Program-made: the position numbers and the translations under genes
Notes under the pieces: model-generated
The model's input: only the letters and a program-made list of their open reading frames with translations
What the model was told of the DNA's origin: nothing
The model's database searches: none
DNA from: Chloroflexota bacterium
GTDB taxonomy: Bacteria > Chloroflexota > UBA11872 > VXNJ01
NCBI GenBank assembly: GCA_965261345.1
Contig: OZ253449.1
Span: 1,792,001-1,856,000 of the forward strand
Direction of reading: 5' to 3'
Length of the DNA: 64,000 nt
Part shown: piece after piece, positions 58,508-64,000 of the stretch
Layout: each line of letters starts with the position of its first letter
Position numbering within the stretch: the first letter of the stretch is position 1

Positions 58508-59605
58508 CTAATGCCATCGCGCGAGTTGCCTACCTGGATCCAATAGGCGCAGTTGGTTTCCGCTGATCTCGATCAGGCCGGCGGCAACCGACCGATCGGT
58601 CACGCTCTGGGCAAATTCTGGCTGCCAACGCAGTCCCAGGTGCAGATGGGCAAGGGCGTTCTCCTCAAATTCACGATCGGTTCCTTCGTGGTTTAGGAGA
58701 TGGATAACGAGCATCATCTGGGCAAATTCAAGCGCTTGACGCCGCCGCCGCCGTTGCCGTGCGATTATCCCGCGGTGCGGGGAAAACAGGGCCGACAGCG
58801 CAAATTGTGCCCCGATCGCCGCCGCGATCGACCCGGCGATGGTGGTATCGAGAGACCATGCCGCCAGGTACCCGAGTCCGGCCGCGCTGGCACTGAGGCC
58901 AAGCGCCCAAATCAGCATCCGCGGCAGCGAATTTGTCAGCAATAGGGCCGTCGCCGGGGGACCCACCACCAGTGCAACGACCAGGATCGAACCGATAGCT
59001 TCGAACGCGGTCACTGCGGTGATTGAGACGACGGCGACCAGCCCGAGGCCGATCAACCCGGGCGCCAGTCCCAGGCTGGCGGCCAACGCTGGGTCAAAAC
59101 TGGATGCCTTCAACTCTTTCCAAAATACCCCCGTCAGCGTTGCGTTGATGGCCAGGGCGATGGCCAGATAGGCCATCGCGCGCGGGATATCCCAGTTGCC
59201 GAAGCCGATTCGATCAAACGGGGTCAGTCCGATTTCACCGGTCAAAACCACATCGGTGTCCAGGTGCACCGATCCCGCAAAGCGGGACACCAGCAGCACC
59301 GCGGCGGCAAAGAGCACCGGAAAGACCAACCCTATGGCCGCATCGGTGCGAACCAGGCGATGCCGCCCCAGGAGGTCCACCAACACGACCGTGAGTATCC
59401 CGATCAGCGCTGCGCCCAGGCGGAGCAGCGGCGAGGTCAGGTCACCAGCCAGAAAAAAAGCCAACACGATGCCGAGCAGCACGGTGTGCGAGATGGCATC
59501 GACCAGCATCGCCGAGCCGCGCAGCACCAGCCAGATCCCCGGCAGGCAGCATGCCCAGCTCACCAATACGGCAATGCCCAGCACCTCGGTTTGTCCAGCG
59601 GTCAT
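58508..59605 (-). CDS. Mn/Zn/Fe ABC transporter permease (TroD/MntD-like)
   Basis: G.WLVLR..AM.VDAISH.VL.G, DAAIG.VFP.LF, HLDTD and F..VGSILVVA. Confidence 0.92.
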   Translation of the reverse strand: MTAGQTEVLGIAVLVSWACCLPGIWLVLRGSAMLVDAISHTVLLGIVLAFFLAGDLTSPLLRLGAALIGILTVVLVDLLGRHRLVRTDAAIGLVFPVLFAAAVLLVSRFAGSVHLDTDVVLTGEIGLTPFDRIGFGNWDIPRAMAYLAIALAINATLTGVFWKELKASSFDPALAASLGLAPGLIGLGLVAVVSITAVTAFEAIGSILVVALVVGPPATALLLTNSLPRMLIWALGLSASAAGLGYLAAWSLDTTIAGSIAAAIGAQFALSALFSPHRGIIARQRRRRRQALEFAQMMLVIHLLNHEGTDREFEENALAHLHLGLRWQPEFAQSVTDRSVAAGLIEISGNQLRLLDPGRQLARWH

Positions 59606-60753
59606 GGGTCGAGCATCCAGGCCGGCAGATTACGTTCAGCGACAAGCGCGCGCGCGCTTGTCAGCCCGCTGGCGGTAAGGCGCCAACCCAGGCTTGGCGA
59701 TCCGGAAGCCAGACCGGCCTCGGCGAGTTCCCGCAACGTACCGGTAAGCCGGCCCTGTCCCGGGGAACCGGCTTCGATGGCGGCGGCCGGGTGCGGGCGA
59801 TCGCCCTGCGGGTGGCGGATTTGCAGGGCCAGCATTGCGGTCAGGGCCATCTCGCGGCGAAAGCGCGAACGCTGGCGCATTTGCCGGATTTTCCGCGGCA
59901 GAATTCCATGCGCCGGCGCCAGCAGGATTGAACACAGAGCGATCGCTCCCAGCGTCAGAACCACCAGGGGGCCGGTGGCCAGTGCACCCCCCAGCGATGA
60001 GATAAACGCCCCGACGACCCCGGCAATCGCGCCGATTAACCCGCTGAGCAGGGCGACGGTTCGGAATCGGTCCGACCATTGACGGGCGGCTACGGCCGGC
60101 GCAACCAGCATCGCACTCATCAATATCACGCCGACGATCTTGAGCCCGATCGCAATCGTAATGACCAGCAGGATCACCAGAACAAGGTCGGTCCGGCGGA
60201 GTCTCAACCCTGCCACGGCGGCAAATTCGCGGTCAAAACAGAGGGCGGCGAAATCGTTCCAGCGCCACGTTGCCACCGCCAGCACCAGTCCGCCGGCTAG
60301 CGCTATCGTGACAACGTCGGCGGTAACGATCGCGGCCGCTTGACCGAACAGGAACGTGGATATTCCCGCCTGGGCTGCGTCCGAGCGGCTCTGGAACACC
60401 AATAGCACCATTCCAAGTCCGAACGCGGTTGAGAGAACCAAAGCCAGACTGGAATCAAACTTTATCGGGGTCGTATTTGCGGTATGGCTGATTACCGCCG
60501 CCGCCGCCAGCCCGGCCAGGGCGGCACCGACCAGCAGCGCCCAGGGCTCGCGCGGCCCGAAGATCATCGCCGCAATCACGACCCCTGGCAGGGTGGCGTG
60601 GGAAACCGCATCGCCAAGCAGGCTCTGGCCGCGGGCAACTGCGAAAGCCCCGATGATCCCGCTGACCAAGCCCATCGCCGCCGCCCCCAGGGCCACCGTG
60701 CGGAGGGTATGTCCGAGCAGTATTTCGGCGACGAATCCGGTCTCGATCTCCAT
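59602..60753 (-). CDS. Mn/Zn/Fe ABC transporter permease (TroC/MntC-like)
   Basis: R.QSLLGDAVSHA.LPG, FLFGQAA, FD.EFA and VGVILMSAML.APA.AARQW. Confidence 0.92.
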   Translation of the reverse strand: MEIETGFVAEILLGHTLRTVALGAAAMGLVSGIIGAFAVARGQSLLGDAVSHATLPGVVIAAMIFGPREPWALLVGAALAGLAAAAVISHTANTTPIKFDSSLALVLSTAFGLGMVLLVFQSRSDAAQAGISTFLFGQAAAIVTADVVTIALAGGLVLAVATWRWNDFAALCFDREFAAVAGLRLRRTDLVLVILLVITIAIGLKIVGVILMSAMLVAPAVAARQWSDRFRTVALLSGLIGAIAGVVGAFISSLGGALATGPLVVLTLGAIALCSILLAPAHGILPRKIRQMRQRSRFRREMALTAMLALQIRHPQGDRPHPAAAIEAGSPGQGRLTGTLRELAEAGLASGSPSLGWRLTASGLTSARALVAERNLPAWMLDP

Positions 60754-60757
60754 CGCG

Positions 60758-61507
60758 CTAGACCGGATCGGGCAGCAGCGGGTGCTTTACCCCGTAGGCG
60801 TGGGCCAGGTGTTCATTGGTAAACGCCGACTCGATCCGGCCGGCGGCGATGGCCGAGACGTTAAGGACTAATACGTGATCGAAATATTCGCGGACCGTGG
60901 CAAGGTCGTGATGGACCGCCAGCACCGTACCGTCGCGATCTTGGATACTGCGAAACAGGGCGGCGATGGACCGTTCGGAAACCGCGTCAATCCCCTGGAA
61001 CGGCTCGTCCAGGATGAACAGCTCGGCATCTTGGACGAGGGCGCGGGCCAGAAACACGCGTTGCTGCTGGCCGCCCGATAGGTCGGCGATATGGCGCTGG
61101 GCGAAGGCATCCATTTCAACCGCGGCCAGCGCATCCAGCGCTAGATCGCGATCGCGCTGCCCCGGCCGCCGCAGCCAGCCGAGATGACCGTAACGCCCCA
61201 TCAGGACAACTTCCAGCACGTTGATCGGAAAGTTCCAGTCAACCGTGTCGCGCTGGGGCACGTAGGCCAGTTGCGATGACCGGGACCCGCTATGGTCGCC
61301 GGTGACGATGCTGCCGGCGGCCGGCTTGACCAAGCCCAATATCGCCTTTAGCAGGGTCGACTTGCCGGCCCCGTTCGGTCCGACGATGGCCATCGCGGCT
61401 CCCCGAGGAACATCCAGGTCAATGTCCCATAACACCGGCCTGTCGCTATAGGCAACGGTCAGGTCGAACACCCTGATCGCGTATTGCAGGTTGTCGTTTT
61501 CGGTCAA
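60758..61507 (-). CDS. Mn/Zn/Fe ABC transporter ATP-binding protein (TroB/MntB-like)
   Basis: [32 protein letters not shown] and VHHDL. Confidence 0.95.
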   Translation of the reverse strand: MTENDNLQYAIRVFDLTVAYSDRPVLWDIDLDVPRGAAMAIVGPNGAGKSTLLKAILGLVKPAAGSIVTGDHSGSRSSQLAYVPQRDTVDWNFPINVLEVVLMGRYGHLGWLRRPGQRDRDLALDALAAVEMDAFAQRHIADLSGGQQQRVFLARALVQDAELFILDEPFQGIDAVSERSIAALFRSIQDRDGTVLAVHHDLATVREYFDHVLVLNVSAIAAGRIESAFTNEHLAHAYGVKHPLLPDPV

Positions 61508-62481
61508 CTCAAGGCCTCTGTGATGGTTGCAACGTTGGCGCGGTACATTCCCTCAAACGTCGCGGCCGCCGTGGCCGGAGGGCCCAGGGCGTCCGAGAAC
61601 AGCACCCCGCCGATCTGGACCGGGTGGCCGCGCGCCTGCGCCGCTTCAAGGACGGCCTGCATGGAATGGCCGGGGACGGAGCTTTCGACAAAGATCGCCG
61701 GAATCGACTCCTCGCTCAAAAAATTTGCGAGACGCTGCACGTCGGCCGCCCCGGCCTCCGTGGCGGTGGAGATGCCCTGCAGGCCGCGCACCTCGAACCC
61801 CCAGGCTCGCCCGAAGTAGCCGAACGCGTCGTGGGAGGTGACCAGGGTCCGCCGCTGCGGCGGAACCGCCGAAAGCATCTCACCGCTCCAATCGGCCAAT
61901 TCGGCGAGTTGCGTCCGGTAGTTTGCGGCGTTGGTCCGATAAGCGTGGGAGTTGCTGGGGTCTGCATCGACCAAGGCGGCCGCTACCGTGGCCAGGGCCT
62001 GATTCCAGAGTCCGAGGTCGAACCATACGTGGGGGTCGTAGCCTCCTTCAAATTGCCCGGTCCCGATCAGTCGGGCCGGGTCGATGTCGGCGGTAACGGC
62101 CACCGACCGGCGTCCCGGGCCATCAATGCCGGCCAGCACCTGGGCCAATCGTGCCTCGAGGTGGAGACCGTTGTACAGAATCAGGTCGGCCTGTTCCAGG
62201 CGCACAAGGTCGCCTTCGCTGGCTATGAACAGGTGGGGATCGGTGCCCGGTCCCATTAGCGCATGGACTCGGACGAGGTCGCCGGCAACATTGGTGACTA
62301 GGTCTTCGACCTGGGTGGTGGTGGCGACCACCTGCAGGCGCGGGTCCTTCGAGGCGTTTGGATTGCAGGCCGCCAGAATGCCCAAAAGCAAGCAGGCGAT
62401 GGCCACGATACGGATTAGTGGCGCGAGCCTTTGTCCTTGGCGATCGTCGCTGGCGGCAGGTGGTATGGAGGGCGCAATCAT
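61504..62481 (-). CDS. Metal ABC transporter substrate-binding lipoprotein (TroA/MntA-like)
   Basis: LAAC lipobox, GPG.DPH, YNGLHLE, DPHVWFD, TSHDAFGYF, FVESS and LFSDALG. Confidence 0.95.
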   Translation of the reverse strand: MIAPSIPPAASDDRQGQRLAPLIRIVAIACLLLGILAACNPNASKDPRLQVVATTTQVEDLVTNVAGDLVRVHALMGPGTDPHLFIASEGDLVRLEQADLILYNGLHLEARLAQVLAGIDGPGRRSVAVTADIDPARLIGTGQFEGGYDPHVWFDLGLWNQALATVAAALVDADPSNSHAYRTNAANYRTQLAELADWSGEMLSAVPPQRRTLVTSHDAFGYFGRAWGFEVRGLQGISTATEAGAADVQRLANFLSEESIPAIFVESSVPGHSMQAVLEAAQARGHPVQIGGVLFSDALGPPATAAATFEGMYRANVATITEALS

Positions 62482-62503
62482 AAACGCAGTTAATAACTAT
62501 TTA
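62481..62503. promoter_or_regulatory. Candidate metal-regulator (Zur/Fur/MntR-like) operator
   Basis: AT-rich imperfect palindrome TAAATAGTTATTAACTGCGTTTA (minus strand) abutting the ATG of the metal SBP, in an otherwise GC-rich background. Confidence 0.45.
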
Positions 62504-62776
62504 CAACTGGGATTTTAGCCCGATTGGGTCTGGCAATCGGTTCGGGTGGTGGATCAAACGCGTTGATCCGGGCCGGCCGCAGGGTCTACGGCCGCGGGAA
62601 TTTAATTGTTTTGAGGGTCGATTAAGCAGGCGGCTTTCACCGCCGGCCTGGTGTTAGCGCATCAACGGCCGGTGACCGTGATCGCTCCGATCGGCTTGTC
62701 CGGAGAATGGAGTCAAGGGCTCTGGTCGCCGGCGCTGCTCCCCGGCTGGGCGGTGCCGATTGCCGGCCGGCGCGGG

Positions 62777-63322
62777 CTAGTAGCGGGCCAACCGCCAAAA
62801 TACGGCCGCCACACCGGCGAGCAAAAAGAAACCCGAATTGACGACCAGGGCCACGTACAGGATTGGCAGCTCCTCCAACGACACCGCCGCGGTTCCGACC
62901 ACCCCTAGCACGGTGGCCAATGCGGCCAGCAAAGATCCGGCCAATACGCCCTGGATGATCGAACCTATCCCGAGCCAGCGGGCACGCCCGGTCTCAAGTC
63001 GGGCCCCGGTGCGTATTCGCTCGCCGATAAACCAGCCGGCGCCGACGCCGGCGATCAGGGCCAGTGGCGAACTGAAGTCAAAGTTGGCAACGAGAAGGAA
63101 GATCACATTGGCGGCGGTGGCGATTCCGATCAAGGTCAACGATTCCTTGAGGGCACGCCGGCGGCGAGCTTTGTCCGGAGGTAGCTGGCCCAGGCATTCA
63201 AAGCAGATCAATCCGGCGTCCACTCGCTGCAGACAGTCCTGGCAGTAGGGGCGCGAACAGCGGATGCATTCCAACAGGGTCGCCTGCCCACAGTGTGAGC
63301 AGAGAGATCCGGCGTCAGCCAC
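62777..63322 (-). CDS. Membrane protein with an N-terminal B-box-like zinc finger
   Basis: Four CxxC pairs (CSHC, CIRC, CQDC, CFEC) followed by about 4 TM helices. Confidence 0.75.
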   Translation of the reverse strand: MADAGSLCSHCGQATLLECIRCSRPYCQDCLQRVDAGLICFECLGQLPPDKARRRRALKESLTLIGIATAANVIFLLVANFDFSSPLALIAGVGAGWFIGERIRTGARLETGRARWLGIGSIIQGVLAGSLLAALATVLGVVGTAAVSLEELPILYVALVVNSGFFLLAGVAAVFWRLARY

Positions 63323-63333
63323 CGCCCCAGCCC

Positions 63334-63999
63334 CTATTGGCGCGGCGAGCGCGAGCGCTTAAAGTACGTCGGCCAGGCCGCCAATTGCAATTCGTTGCCG
63401 GCCAACAGTCGTTTAAGGTTGTCAAAGTGCCGCCAAATAATGAGGGCGCTACCGAGTCCCACGTAGATCATTCCCCACGGAGACTGCCATAGGCCGGTAA
63501 AGTACAGCGTGAACGCTAAGACCACGGCGATCAGGGTCCCCAGCAGCGAACCCAGCGAAACGTAGCGGATCGCCACAACCAATGCCACGCCGGCCACGAC
63601 CGCCACAACCACTACCACCGGGTATATGACCAGTCCGGCTCCAATCCCAGTGGCCACGCCACGGCCGCCGGTAAATCGGTTAAATACCGACCAGTTGTGA
63701 CCGATTACCGCGGCCAAGGCGGCGATCGCCTGGATTTCGGGATGGTTCGGGAACAGTAGACCGGGAATTAGGGCCGCGAGAATGCCTTTTATCACGTCGG
63801 CGGCCAGGATCAGTCCGCCAGCCGCCGGTCCAACCACTCGCAGGGCGTTGGTGGCGCCGTAGTTGCCGGATCCGGCCGAGGACAGATCTGCGCCGAACAG
63901 GCCGCTGGCCACTAAACGGGCGATCGGCACCGCACCCAATAGGTAGGCCGCCAGCGTGGTGATGGTCAGGGCAAGAATTGAAGAAATGTCAGTGCTCAC
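63334..63999 (-). CDS. plsY: Glycerol-3-phosphate acyltransferase
   Basis: AYLLGAVP, GSGNYGATN..R..G, D..KG, GHNWS.F..F.GGRGVAT, YVSLGS and RH..N.KRL..G.E. The start lies at the window edge. Confidence 0.95.
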   Translation of the reverse strand: MSTDISSILALTITTLAAYLLGAVPIARLVASGLFGADLSSAGSGNYGATNALRVVGPAAGGLILAADVIKGILAALIPGLLFPNHPEIQAIAALAAVIGHNWSVFNRFTGGRGVATGIGAGLVIYPVVVVVAVVAGVALVVAIRYVSLGSLLGTLIAVVLAFTLYFTGLWQSPWGMIYVGLGSALIIWRHFDNLKRLLAGNELQLAAWPTYFKRSRSPRQ

Positions 64000-64000
64000 T

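Noticed and set aside
62504-62776. Several hairpins upstream of the metal transporter as a yybP-ykoY or other riboswitch
   Set aside because: The conserved motifs were not recognisable, and the promoter-like tract lies downstream of the hairpins.
1-64000. CRISPR arrays, prophage, IS elements, rRNA and defence islands
   Set aside because: No regularly spaced repeats, transposase/integrase catalytic domains, phage structural genes or rRNA-like sequence were detected by eye.

Overview
GC-rich bacterial chromosomal window of about 52 CDSs, mostly housekeeping and catabolic. Gene content suggests Chloroflexota (inference, from the alpha2-type GlyRS, Tat lipoproteins with V/E/K/T linkers, a GlmL-like gene pair, expanded Gfo/Idh/MocA and DapA-like families and a cytoplasmic arylsulfotransferase). 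Core genes include nadB-nadC, ogt, infC, aspS, uvrC, glyQS, recO, prs, manC, argS, larE, groEL, pheA and plsY. It also carries tRNA-Gly(CCC), a probable 6S RNA behind aspS, an ECF sigma/anti-sigma pair, two ABC export systems, a sugar ABC importer with a Gfo-TIM-TIM-Gfo keto-sugar catabolic operon, and a TroABCD-type metal importer. I found no CRISPR array, prophage, integrase or intact IS element. The most unusual items are: a circularly permuted CcdA with TM1 and its Cys moved to the C-terminus; a degenerate GlmL/MutL-like protein with a coupled partner and no mutase nearby; a membrane protein joining a pseudo-PP2C domain to an extracellular beta-propeller; an M23 lipoprotein with a catalytic His replaced by Asn; a JAB protease next to larE; an orphan gene where rpmI-rplT normally follows infC; and a probable CTG start codon. 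All family assignments come from motif recognition by eye, not database searches.
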